A stretch of 64,000 bases of DNA from assembly GCA_000503835.1 (NCBI GenBank), contig CP006914.1, positions 529,680-593,679 on the forward strand, written 5' to 3'. Positions 19,201 to 27,755 of the stretch are shown piece after piece. Every line of letters begins with the position of its first letter. The first letter of the stretch is position 1. Source of the stretch: a candidate division WWE3 bacterium RAAC2_WWE3_1. Its GTDB lineage: Bacteria > Patescibacteriota > WWE3 > UBA101185 > UBA10185. The translations under genes were made by a program, and so were the position numbers. Under the pieces are notes generated by a model. It saw only the letters and a program-made list of their open reading frames with translations, had not been told where the DNA came from and did not search any database.

Positions 19201-22200
19201 GTATAAAAACCAGCGCAAACACCGCAAAAATGACTAACGCAAAGATAATAATGGATCAGTCAGATGCAACAAATGGTGTAAGGGATGTTGAGCTGTACCA
19301 ATCACAGGTAAATGCCATAATGACCGATGCTGACACCACCTATACAAGCTCATACAAGTTCACAGGATTCAATCCCGGTATTCACGCCAGCCAAATAACG
19401 TTTGAGGGAGGAACTTTCAACTACTTCTATGAAAGTACAATGAAGACATCGGCGGGGACAGGTTATGCGAGGCTTTATAACAGCACCGCAGGAACCGCAA
19501 TAACAAGTGGCGAGATTACGACATCCTCCACCTCATATACAAGGATTAGAAGCGGCAATATAACAGCAAGCATGCCAAGTGCAACTGGATCTTTCCTCAT
19601 AGCGCAGGATCTGGATACACAGGCCAAAAACTCGGCCACCAACACCACCTCTTTGGCAAATTCGTGGATCATAGTACAGGTGTCTAATCTTTCAAACACA
19701 TCAAATACTGTCTATGCCGATCTATACAACCTTACCGACGGTACATCCGTCACCGGATCTGAGGTTAGTACGGCCGCAGTACAGACCATCACATACCTGA
19801 GAAGTTCCCCGATAACACTTACGACGGGAAAAGAGTACGTTGTGAGAACAAAGACCAGTAGCGCAGACAGCGTACCATATTACACATATAACGCAAAGAT
19901 AATAATGGATCAGTCAGATGCAACAAATGGTGTAAGGGATGTTGAGCTGTACCAATCACAGGTAAATGCCATAATGACCGATGCTGACACCACCTATACA
20001 AGCTCATACAAGTTCACAGGATTCAATCCCGGTATTCACGCCAGCCAAATAACGTTTGAGGGAGGAACTTTCAACTACTTCTATGAAAGTACAATGAAGA
20101 CATCGGCGGGGACAGGCTATGCGAGGCTTTATAACAGCACCGCAGGAACCGCAATAACAAGTGGCGAGATTACGACATCCTCCACCTCATATACAAGGAT
20201 TAGAAGCGGCAATATAACAGCAAGCATGCCAAGTGCAACTGGATCTTTCCTCATAGCGCAGGATCTGGATACACAGGCCAAAAACTCGGCCACCAACACC
20301 ACCTCTTTGGCAAATTCGTGGATCATAGTACAGGTGTCTAATCTTTCAAACACATCAAATACTGTCTATGCCGATCTATACAACCTTACCGACGGTACAT
20401 CCGTCACCGGATCTGAGGTTAGTACGGCCGCAGTACAGACCATCACATACCTGAGAAGTTCCCCGATAACACTTACGACGGGAAAAGAGTACGTTGTGAG
20501 AACAAAGACCAGTAGCGCAGACAGCGTACCATATTACACATATAACGCAAAGATAATAATGGATCAGTCAGATGCAACAAATGGTGTAAGGGATGTTGAG
20601 ATAGTGCACGCGGCCAACGCATATAAATATACCGACAGCGATTCCACATATACCCAGATTTATAACTTCAATCTGACCCCTAACTACAACATGAAAGGGG
20701 GAAACTTCGTTTATTTCTTCGAATCAAACTTGAAAACCACCGGCGGGACAGCATACGCAAGATTGTATAACTCCTCAGCTGGCGCCACCATTACCAACTC
20801 GGAAATTACCACAAACTCCACATCGCTTGTGCGTGTGCGAAGTGCTGAGTTAAGTTCCTACTTACCTACAGCTGCTGACTCTTTAGATGTACAACTACGG
20901 AATAGTGCAACCAACACAACAACCACAACAGGATCTTCTTTAATTATTCAGGTGACCAACCTTGGGGATCCAAACACCTACATTGCTTTATATTCCAATG
21001 CTACCAGTTGTTCTAGTCAAGTACCTGGAAGTGAAATTTCCACAAAACCATCAGATGGGACAAAACGAGTGGTGTCACAGTCAATAAGTCTGTCTGACGG
21101 GGAATACATGGTTTGTACAAAGGCTTCAAGCGGCGTGACAATAACTTTGTATAACGCCAAAATCAATCACCAACAATCAAACGCACAAGGCATAACCAAC
21201 CTCAGAACTTTCAGATCACTAAACACCGACCTTGAGACCCAAGCGACCGCTACATATACCAGTAAAAACGGGCTAAACTTCTATGACCCGGCGCAGTTCA
21301 CAGGAACGGTCACGGGCTCGTTTGATGCAACAGTATTAGCGACCGCCACAACCGCCTATGCCCAGCTATACAATGTCACAACCTCGGGAGCTCTAACTGA
21401 AACCGAAGTGTCCACTACTAGCACTTCTTATGTCAGACTGCAAAAATCTATTACCACTCTTCCGGCCTCCGAGTCAACCCTCGATGTTCAGATAAAAAAC
21501 AGCAGTACTAATACAACAAAGACCACCGCGTCCTGGCTGGTACTTGATATAGAAAATATTCTGCCCGCTATCGTGCACGATTCAACATCAAATAAACTTA
21601 ACGGTCAGCTGGAAGGAACTACATGGGAATCAGAACAAAACTGCATCTCGGGATCGTGCCTGGAATTCGACGGAGTGGATGATTATGTAAAGGTGACCGA
21701 CAACCCCAGGCTGGATTTTGGGGCATCTGACAGTTTCACTATAAGTATGTGGTTCACGCTTCCCTACTCCACAACAAACAGCAGGGGCCTTATTTCAAAA
21801 TACGAATCAACGGGAGCGGATGGTGGTTACCAGATCCGAGTCGACGCAAACGGCAAGGTCGTGGTCGAAATTTCCGATGATAATACAACTTTTCCTAAAG
21901 ATTCGGTGACAAGCTCGGTTAGTTATAGAGATAGTAAGTGGCACCATGTGGCCGCCGTAAAGGACGGTGCTACCAGTTTGAAACTATATATGGACGGTGT
22001 GCTTGAGGGAACGGATAGTTCCATAGCCACTGCCGGTGCTTTATCAAACAACGATCTACTTTATATGGGAGATGCCAATGACGGCACGACCGGCAATTGG
22101 CTAGGACACATCGACGAGGCAAAAATATATCGCTATGCGAGAACGGCACAGGAAATAGAAAACGAACTTTACGGAACAAATCCGGGCGGATCAACGTCGT

Positions 22201-25200
22201 TGGGTGAAAACGCCGCCACAAAAATAAATAACGGTTTACTGGCCCAATGGAAGCTGGAAGAAACAACTGCCGATTCATGCGGAACAGGAGTCACAGACGG
22301 TTGTGATAATACAAATAACGGATATGACGGGTATTGGAACGGAAATCCGACTTCCGGACAGGGAAAAATAGGAAACGGTCTCACGATGGATGGTACCGGC
22401 GATGCGCTTAGGGTAACACCGGAGGGTGCCAAATTACCGAACACATCTTTAAGCACCAGGATACCCATAACTTTCGACAACTCTGCTTCAGCCGAGGATC
22501 TGACCAATTTCCCCGTGCTGGTTAAGCTAAATAGCTCAAGGATAAATTACTCTAAAACGCAGGATGCCGGTCAGGATATAAGATTTACCGACAGTGACGG
22601 AACCACTCTACTGAACTATGAAATAGAAAAATGGGATGAGACGGGCACTTCCTTCGTTTGGGTAAAGGTTCCCAATATACCTGCAGGGGCGACAACCGAC
22701 AAAATTTACATGTACTTTAATGATACAAGTTTATCTGACGGTCAAAACGCCAGCGGTGTTTGGAACTCAAACTATGTGGTCTCTCAGCATATGAAAGAAA
22801 CCACAGGAGTAACGACCTACGATTCCACATCTAACGCAAACAACGGCACAAAACTGGCCGCCACCGAACCTAACCCTACCACCTCCGGACAAATCAATGG
22901 TGCCCAGAGTTTTGACGGCAGTAATGACTACATAACATTGTCAAGCAGTGTATCGGGAAGTATCGATCAAATTACGGTCTCGGCATGGGTTTATGCTAAT
23001 ACCCAAGGTGAAGCAAGCGATTACCGTGCAGTTGTTAGCGAAGCATTCACAGGTGACAATAACGTAGAATTTGAACTTTATCTCACGGGTGCAAACCATA
23101 ACTTATCGGCGGGATTCTACTCCGGAAGTTGGACCACGGTTTCCGACACAGTGGCGTTTCCGCTAAACCAATGGGTACATGTTCTTGCTACATACGACGG
23201 TCATTACATCAAGGTGTATAAAGATTCGGTACTTGTAAAAACTTCTACCGATTTAAACAAACCCCTACCCAACGGAGCCAACGGATGGAGGATAGGAAGG
23301 CGCCATGATTCAGGAAATGCGGCAAATATGTGGGATGGCTTAATTGATGAGGTTCGTATCTCAAATACCGTGCGGTCCGGTGATTGGGTCGAGGCAATAT
23401 ACAAATCAGAGAAAGACACCCTCAACACATATGGAGCCGAACAACCCTATATTCCGAACTTCAACGTGTCCGATCAGGTGTCTGTTACCGGTTGGTACTA
23501 CCCAACAACCCTGGACAACACCACAAAATACCTGACATTCGGCAGTGGCACGACAAAGTCAATGTACATCAAAACTGATTCCGTCAATGCAGGAAAACTA
23601 CTCTTCTCTTCCAACGGAACAAACGAGGGTACATCCTCAACAACACTTTCAACAAATAACTGGTACCAGATCACACTTGTCGGAAATTCCACGGAGACCA
23701 AGCTCTACATAAACGGAGAACTGGATTCCACGGTAACTAACACAACCGGTATTTCAAATTTGGAGTCCTTCTATATAGGTAACAACGACAGTCTTTCCAC
23801 AGGCGGCTGGATAGGAAAAGTGGACGAGGTCAAGTTATACAATACCGCACTTTCCGCTTCGGAAATTGCCGCGGGTTATGATACACCAAAAAGCCCGCTT
23901 GCCTACTACACCTTCGATCAAAAAAATGCGACCGGGGTATTTGATATTTCCACAAATAATAATGCAGGTACGTGGGGCGGTTCCACAACAAACCGTTATA
24001 CCCTCGGAAAATTCGGGAGTGCGGGAATATTTGACGGTACCTCGGATTACGTCACCACATCCGACACCCCGTTCGACATCACAGGTGATTTCACCCTTGA
24101 ATCCTGGATAAACCTCGGCACCGCAGGTTCCGCACCCTACAATATAATAAGCAAGCACGGAGCAGCGGGTTCCGGAGGTTATTCGCTGTTCGTAGATGCA
24201 AACGGAGCCGTAAACTGTCTTACCGATAATGGAACAGCCGAAATAACAAGCAAAACCGCTAATTCCTCCGTAACTTCATCGTCCGGATGGATCCACGTTT
24301 CAGCCGTTAGGAATGGAACTTCATGCAAAATTTATATAAACACCGAAGACAGAACCTCTACCGCAGGAACGCATACTTCCTTATCCGCCAACAGCTCGAC
24401 CCTGCGTTTGGGCTCGAATGTTTCCGGCTCCGGTTTCTTTAAAGGTTATATGGACGAGGTCAAGATATACGACTACGCCCTTGCCCCCAAGACCTTGTTA
24501 ATTGACTATAACGCCGGCCACCCTGTACCCGGCTCCCCTGTGGGAAGCGCCAAAGGCTGGTGGAAAATGGATGAGGGCTATGATAACACCGCCCATAACA
24601 CAGGCTCGTCAGGCAGTACGAACAACGGAACAATTACCGGCGCCGCATGGTCGCAGGACGGAAAATTCGACCGCGCCTTGGACTTTGACGGTACTTCAGA
24701 TTACGTTACCGTCGCGACAGGTGAAATTGTCGACCAAAACACCGTTACAATCGAGGCCTGGATCTACCCCACGAGCGTAAACGGAGCCCATGATTTTACG
24801 ATACTTGCCCAAAACGATAACGGCGCGGGATATACAACCCACAACTTCGGAATTTCAGGCTCGTCAGGCAAACTCTTATACGATAACGAACTTCCTGCAA
24901 GTGGCGTCCTTAACAGCAATACATCCATAACGGCGAATCAATGGCAGTATGTGGCCGTTGTAAGAAATGCCGATAGCGTAACTTTCTATTTGAACGGTGT
25001 GGCCGACGGAAGCGGGACGGGCGAGGCGAGATCGAGTTCCGCTGCCATAGACAATACCCTGATAGGAGCACGGTACTACTCGGCTGCCCCCCAACATCAG
25101 TTTGCAGGGAAGATTGACGAGGTAAAAATCTACAATGTCGCCCTAACCGCTTCACAAGTGGCTCAGGCATACAACCGCGGAAAGGCAATGTCCTTTGGCG

Positions 25201-26504
25201 CCCTATCTACAGACACAGCCGGTTTACCGTTAAACTCAGCCAAATCCGCATACTGCGTTCCGGGAGATGCAACAACCTGCAACGCCCCTGTTGCCGAATA
25301 TAATTTCGATGAAAAACAGGGTTCATATATAAACGATGTGTCGGGAAACGCACATCAAGGTACTCTCGCAAACAGCCCCGCGTGGACGAACGGCAATATC
25401 GGAGGAGCCGTGGAATTTAACGGTACTAACAACTACGCCACGATTGCGACAGGCGAACTTGTCGCCCAGGATGCCATCACGGTCGAAGCCTGGATCTATC
25501 CCGGAAAAGTCACCGACGCATCTAATGCCTTCACCATTTTCGTTCAAAACGATAGTGGCGCCGGAAACGCTACTCACCTTTTCGCCATTGATAACACGAA
25601 CGGCAAGCTCCTGTACGACAACACCGGTCCGGCCGGCGGAGCTATAAACGGCAATACTGCCCTCACTCCAAACACCTGGAATCACGTGGTCTTTACCAGA
25701 AGCGGTACTTCCGTAAACTTCTATCTTAATGGTATGAACGACGGCTCCGGTACCGGTGAAAGCAGAGCAAGTTCGGCAGACGTAGATAACACTTTGATAG
25801 GAGCACGGTACTACTCGGCCGCCCCCCAGCATAAATTTATAGGAAAGATCTCACAGCTTACGGTGTTCGACTACGCCAGAACCGCATCTCAAATTGCCTG
25901 GGACCACGGCAAAGGCAGTCCGTCACTTTGGTGGAAACTTGACGACTGCCAGGGTCTTGTGGCGCAGGATTCGGGTGTAAATAATTTCGACGGCACTATA
26001 ACAATCGGCGCATCTCTTTCCAACACCTCGGAAGGTTCCTGCTCTTCAGGTCAAAGCAGTCAGGCCTGGAACAACGGGACATCGGGTATGATTAATTCGA
26101 GCCTTCACTTTGATGGTACTGACGACTATATTACCCGGGGAACAGGTCCCTCGACGTATTCAATGAGTCTTTGGGTAAAACCTTCTTCCACAACACAGTC
26201 AATAGTAGATCTGGACGGGGGCACACATACTCTAACTGTCTCCTCAGGAACAATATCAGCCGGCGGTTTCTCTTCTCCCACTATTTACGTGGACGGATAC
26301 CCGACAACGACACTATCAGATACAAACTGGCATCAAATAACCGTTGTAACAAGTACCCCCTTTAACACGGGCACCATCACCTTAGGTAAAATAAACACGG
26401 CTTACTACACAGGACAAATAGATGAATTTAAACTCTTCTCCTACCCTCTGACCGCCATACAGGTCAGGGACAACTTTGCAAAGGGTGTGGCAACCTTCGA
26501 CTAA
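16230..26504 (+). CDS. Giant (3424 aa) membrane-anchored surface protein with two DUF2341 domains, about 12 novel ~100-aa repeats, and seven LamG/Laminin_G_3 (concanavalin-A-like) domains
   Basis: A 10.3-kb uninterrupted ORF starting 85 bp after the first giant gene.
- A basic N-terminus is followed by a TM helix (LVPVSVGMLIVLLPVIWLSI).
- nt 16620-16920: DUF2341-like sequence (DWFDDNWHYRKKITITN...DARFTD..GQVLRYYID...FYVLLPTINAGSTVIYFYYAN).
- nt 22470-22740: a second DUF2341-like sequence (PITFDNSA..LTNFPVLVKL....DIRFTDSDG..LNYEIEKWD..GTSFVWVKVPNI.....IYMYFND).
- nt 21600-26460: seven jelly-roll units with FDG.DDYV...SMW..WHHVA.V.DG....LY.DG....G.IDEV.IY..AL motifs.
- nt 18200-21550: repeated A.LYN.T.G..VTGSE.ST...................Y.V..K.S....AKII units. 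Confidence 0.85.
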   Translation: MKEGLNIKEKMKRVRRKIVGFGKFSTPYRKHDVTSIFEERERSKDTGSSIKAFSSKKLQLLYIKIIAFFTARKQNWRNFYTQELPFSRILRFLKSRYPTYKKYLVPVSVGMLIVLLPVIWLSIKNPDKVRADWFDDNWHYRKKITITNNGTADADKKILFETDTSALISGSKMQNTCADARFTDVNGQVLRYYIDAATGACNTVSTDFYVLLPTINAGSTVIYFYYANTYVEAVAETSQFSQATFSPAGSSTGNESVGPGPAAYWKFDEAYDQKENTKIEQELEIMTVGEYSTSSYTASIPIDITYSAAQNLTDYQIPVTFSYQSGMNTDFSDIRFYNSAGTKLNYWIESKTDSTTASVWVKVPLISGSTTTTIYLRYGNSGFTSESSLANTFTSNSVQLLTSRCPSSSTACYFSDSHTEFDTVASSVQNLTSGFAVDGSGSVTAVNNSSNPYGSSDNYFSRYRFLFVADTSGTHGFLVNSDDASELNLRDAMDTDTTHTVPAYWYGGHGNAGTCATSGTTGTRSINSGESVWLDYRQTEVGSGQLAQLCISEPAGSYAVVNTTNFPGQLYARSVITTGSEPSVSVGAPQQGGYTFMPTNNSLGIVGYNPSLYSSVSSVNLEIVASTDNGTTWTKYRTTESGNNLSSSTYTVRVKAGVGSNTPQAALYDTTSGTSFLPLNFGTTSDTEVSIKNARLIIRQESGVGITQTETKTEMGSYEAGTAATYTQQTDKKIYNYDSTKYNPAPTNFFETTAKVTNDSVGVEQQIPITNTPPLTTRTTSYTPTDSSLGVGYWDADKYPGGTVYLEVDHYNYDYSDPYIAIYTVSGTYVTEFQVSPASQGYIRYRSPALTLTDDTAYTVRWKASNAAHPQTLYAARFIVVQTDTTKITGTETQVEIGANTTSTATSYTNLTDKKIWRYDSSKYSPAPTTYFEAVLSNDTAGQTSYVALYTDGAACSSQVTGSEISVTGTTWSWVRSNSISLSSGTDYTVCIKTSANTAKMTNAKIIMDQSDATNGVRDVELYQSQVNAIMTDADTTYTSSYKFTGFNPGIHASQITFEGGTFNYFYESTMKTSAGTGYARLYNSTAGTAITSGEITTSSTSYTRIRSGNITASMPSATGSFLIAQDLDTQAKNSATNTTSLANSWIIVQVSNLSNTSNTVYADLYNLTDGTSVTGSEVSTAAVQTITYLRSSPITLTTGKEYVVRTKTSSADSVPYYTYNAKIIMDQSDATNGVRDVELYQSQVNAIMTDADTTYTSSYKFTGFNPGIHASQITFEGGTFNYFYESTMKTSAGTGYARLYNSTAGTAITSGEITTSSTSYTRIRSGNITASMPSATGSFLIAQDLDTQAKNSATNTTSLANSWIIVQVSNLSNTSNTVYADLYNLTDGTSVTGSEVSTAAVQTITYLRSSPITLTTGKEYVVRTKTSSADSVPYYTYNAKIIMDQSDATNGVRDVEIVHAANAYKYTDSDSTYTQIYNFNLTPNYNMKGGNFVYFFESNLKTTGGTAYARLYNSSAGATITNSEITTNSTSLVRVRSAELSSYLPTAADSLDVQLRNSATNTTTTTGSSLIIQVTNLGDPNTYIALYSNATSCSSQVPGSEISTKPSDGTKRVVSQSISLSDGEYMVCTKASSGVTITLYNAKINHQQSNAQGITNLRTFRSLNTDLETQATATYTSKNGLNFYDPAQFTGTVTGSFDATVLATATTAYAQLYNVTTSGALTETEVSTTSTSYVRLQKSITTLPASESTLDVQIKNSSTNTTKTTASWLVLDIENILPAIVHDSTSNKLNGQLEGTTWESEQNCISGSCLEFDGVDDYVKVTDNPRLDFGASDSFTISMWFTLPYSTTNSRGLISKYESTGADGGYQIRVDANGKVVVEISDDNTTFPKDSVTSSVSYRDSKWHHVAAVKDGATSLKLYMDGVLEGTDSSIATAGALSNNDLLYMGDANDGTTGNWLGHIDEAKIYRYARTAQEIENELYGTNPGGSTSLGENAATKINNGLLAQWKLEETTADSCGTGVTDGCDNTNNGYDGYWNGNPTSGQGKIGNGLTMDGTGDALRVTPEGAKLPNTSLSTRIPITFDNSASAEDLTNFPVLVKLNSSRINYSKTQDAGQDIRFTDSDGTTLLNYEIEKWDETGTSFVWVKVPNIPAGATTDKIYMYFNDTSLSDGQNASGVWNSNYVVSQHMKETTGVTTYDSTSNANNGTKLAATEPNPTTSGQINGAQSFDGSNDYITLSSSVSGSIDQITVSAWVYANTQGEASDYRAVVSEAFTGDNNVEFELYLTGANHNLSAGFYSGSWTTVSDTVAFPLNQWVHVLATYDGHYIKVYKDSVLVKTSTDLNKPLPNGANGWRIGRRHDSGNAANMWDGLIDEVRISNTVRSGDWVEAIYKSEKDTLNTYGAEQPYIPNFNVSDQVSVTGWYYPTTLDNTTKYLTFGSGTTKSMYIKTDSVNAGKLLFSSNGTNEGTSSTTLSTNNWYQITLVGNSTETKLYINGELDSTVTNTTGISNLESFYIGNNDSLSTGGWIGKVDEVKLYNTALSASEIAAGYDTPKSPLAYYTFDQKNATGVFDISTNNNAGTWGGSTTNRYTLGKFGSAGIFDGTSDYVTTSDTPFDITGDFTLESWINLGTAGSAPYNIISKHGAAGSGGYSLFVDANGAVNCLTDNGTAEITSKTANSSVTSSSGWIHVSAVRNGTSCKIYINTEDRTSTAGTHTSLSANSSTLRLGSNVSGSGFFKGYMDEVKIYDYALAPKTLLIDYNAGHPVPGSPVGSAKGWWKMDEGYDNTAHNTGSSGSTNNGTITGAAWSQDGKFDRALDFDGTSDYVTVATGEIVDQNTVTIEAWIYPTSVNGAHDFTILAQNDNGAGYTTHNFGISGSSGKLLYDNELPASGVLNSNTSITANQWQYVAVVRNADSVTFYLNGVADGSGTGEARSSSAAIDNTLIGARYYSAAPQHQFAGKIDEVKIYNVALTASQVAQAYNRGKAMSFGALSTDTAGLPLNSAKSAYCVPGDATTCNAPVAEYNFDEKQGSYINDVSGNAHQGTLANSPAWTNGNIGGAVEFNGTNNYATIATGELVAQDAITVEAWIYPGKVTDASNAFTIFVQNDSGAGNATHLFAIDNTNGKLLYDNTGPAGGAINGNTALTPNTWNHVVFTRSGTSVNFYLNGMNDGSGTGESRASSADVDNTLIGARYYSAAPQHKFIGKISQLTVFDYARTASQIAWDHGKGSPSLWWKLDDCQGLVAQDSGVNNFDGTITIGASLSNTSEGSCSSGQSSQAWNNGTSGMINSSLHFDGTDDYITRGTGPSTYSMSLWVKPSSTTQSIVDLDGGTHTLTVSSGTISAGGFSSPTIYVDGYPTTTLSDTNWHQITVVTSTPFNTGTITLGKINTAYYTGQIDEFKLFSYPLTAIQVRDNFAKGVATFD
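19241..20600. repeat. Near-perfect 654-bp (218-aa) in-frame tandem duplication inside the second giant gene: two full copies plus about 52 bp of a third
   Basis: Unit 1 (19241-19894) and unit 2 (19895-20548) are identical apart from roughly one synonymous change (ggttatgcg versus ggctatgcg). The first ~52 bp of the unit recur at 20549-20600 before the sequence diverges. The identical spurious antisense ORFs at 19475-19699 and 20129-20353 confirm the period of 654. Confidence 0.9.
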
Positions 26505-26510
26505 CGCTCC

Positions 26511-26539
26511 CATTGACATGCCCCGATTTTCTATCTAAA
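26511..26539 (+). promoter_or_regulatory. Candidate promoter (TTGACA-17-TAAACT) for rplJ-rplL
   Basis: The sequence cattgacatgccccgattttctatctaaactac lies directly after the giant-gene stop codon. Confidence 0.4.
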
Positions 26540-26559
26540 CTACCCCTGTATAGTGGCCA

Positions 26560-26766
26560 AAGACAGCAAGGGCTTCCGCGCCGGGGTAACTTAGCGCAAA
26601 AGCTTAATGCAGAGCTTAAAAATCTTGCCGAGGTAAACCTTAATTCGTATATTTTGTGGTTTATAACTCACCGTCTCTTGGTGGGTTTCTTTTTTCGGCG
26701 AAAACGGCATATACAAAAACCGTCCTTACCGATAAGAAACACTTTAGGAGGTGTATACCTAACAAA
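26560..26766 (+). promoter_or_regulatory. rplJL 5' leader with a hairpin plus U-tract attenuator (L10-leader-like)
   Basis: The ~230-nt untranslated leader contains ctCACCgtctcttGGTGggtttctttttt at 26683-26712, a stem followed by a T-run. The RBS ttaGGAGGtg follows, then the ATG at 26767. Leaders of this type are known to be autoregulated by L10(L12)4. Confidence 0.35.
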
Positions 26767-27294
26767 ATGGGAAAAATTAAAAATCTGGAAACAGTAAAAA
26801 GCTTAAAGGAAAAGGTCGCCAGGGCTAAGTCTATCGTTTTTGCCGATTACCGCGGACTTTCTGCAGGTAACGCCAATGACCTTAGAGCTAAATTGAAAGG
26901 CGAAAATTCCGAGATGCTTGTTATCAAAAATACCCTTCTTAAGGTCGCTCTGGAAGAAGAAAAAATCAAGACGGACGACATTAAAAAGGACCTGGAAGGT
27001 CCCACGATGGCTGTATTTTCGTTCGAGGATCCCATTGCGTCCATAAAGACGATTTTTGAATTCGCAAAGAAACTGGAGCTTCCTAAGATTAAGTCAGCCT
27101 TAATCGAGGGAGTCTACGCCGACTCGGCAAGAGTGGAAGTAATAAAAAATATTCCTTCGAAAGAGGTTCTTCTCAGCCAGGTAGTCGGAAATTTGAAGTC
27201 ACCTTTGAGCGGATTTGTTGGCGTTTTAGGCGGCGTACACAGAAAATTTGTATACGCAATGGATGCTATTGCTAAGAAAAAGGCAACTAACTAA
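26767..27294 (+). CDS. rplJ: 50S ribosomal protein L10
   Basis: [44 protein letters not shown]... shows the canonical L10 N-terminus. AGGAGG lies 15 nt upstream. The ORF-track start at 26656 lacks an RBS and adds a non-conserved extension. Confidence 0.9.
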   Translation: MGKIKNLETVKSLKEKVARAKSIVFADYRGLSAGNANDLRAKLKGENSEMLVIKNTLLKVALEEEKIKTDDIKKDLEGPTMAVFSFEDPIASIKTIFEFAKKLELPKIKSALIEGVYADSARVEVIKNIPSKEVLLSQVVGNLKSPLSGFVGVLGGVHRKFVYAMDAIAKKKATN

Positions 27295-27331
27295 TTATTT
27301 ATTAACCCTTGAAAGGGGGTGCGGTATTAAT

Positions 27332-27751
27332 ATGGCAGACGAAAAAGACATAAAGTTAAGCGGAGACGCGCAGAAAGTGATGGACATAGTCGAAAAAATG
27401 ACCGTCCTCGAACTTAACGATCTCGTAAAAGCTCTTGAAGAAAAATTCGGAGTTACAGCGGCAGCTCCTATGATGATGGGAGCGATGATGCCCGCAGCCG
27501 GTAACGGTGGCGAGCCCGCCGAACCTGTAGAAGAGAAAACAGAGTTCGACGTAGTTTTAACAGAAGCCGGAGCGAACAAGATCTCAGTTATCAAATCGGT
27601 TAGAGAGATCAACCCCGCGCTCGGTCTTGTAGAAGCTAAGAGTCTCGTAGAATCTGCTCCTAAAGCAGTTCTCGAAGGAGCAAAGAAAGAAGCAGCCGAG
27701 GCTGCAAAGAAAAAGCTTGAAGAAGCTGGAGCTAAAGTTGAGTTAAAGTAG
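27332..27751 (+). CDS. rplL: 50S ribosomal protein L7/L12
   Basis: [41 protein letters not shown] is followed by an Ala/Pro/Glu hinge and a C-terminal domain ([60 protein letters not shown]). Confidence 0.9.
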   Translation: MADEKDIKLSGDAQKVMDIVEKMTVLELNDLVKALEEKFGVTAAAPMMMGAMMPAAGNGGEPAEPVEEKTEFDVVLTEAGANKISVIKSVREINPALGLVEAKSLVESAPKAVLEGAKKEAAEAAKKKLEEAGAKVELK

Positions 27752-27755
27752 TATT

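Noticed and set aside
2720-26504. Alternative genetic code (UGA recoded as Gly, as in Gracilibacteria and Absconditabacteria), given the CPR-like gene content.
   Set aside because: The giant ORFs and all housekeeping genes are intact under the standard code. Several well-supported genes end in TGA (for example the b-like gene, and comEC with its ATGA overlaps), so TGA functions as a stop.
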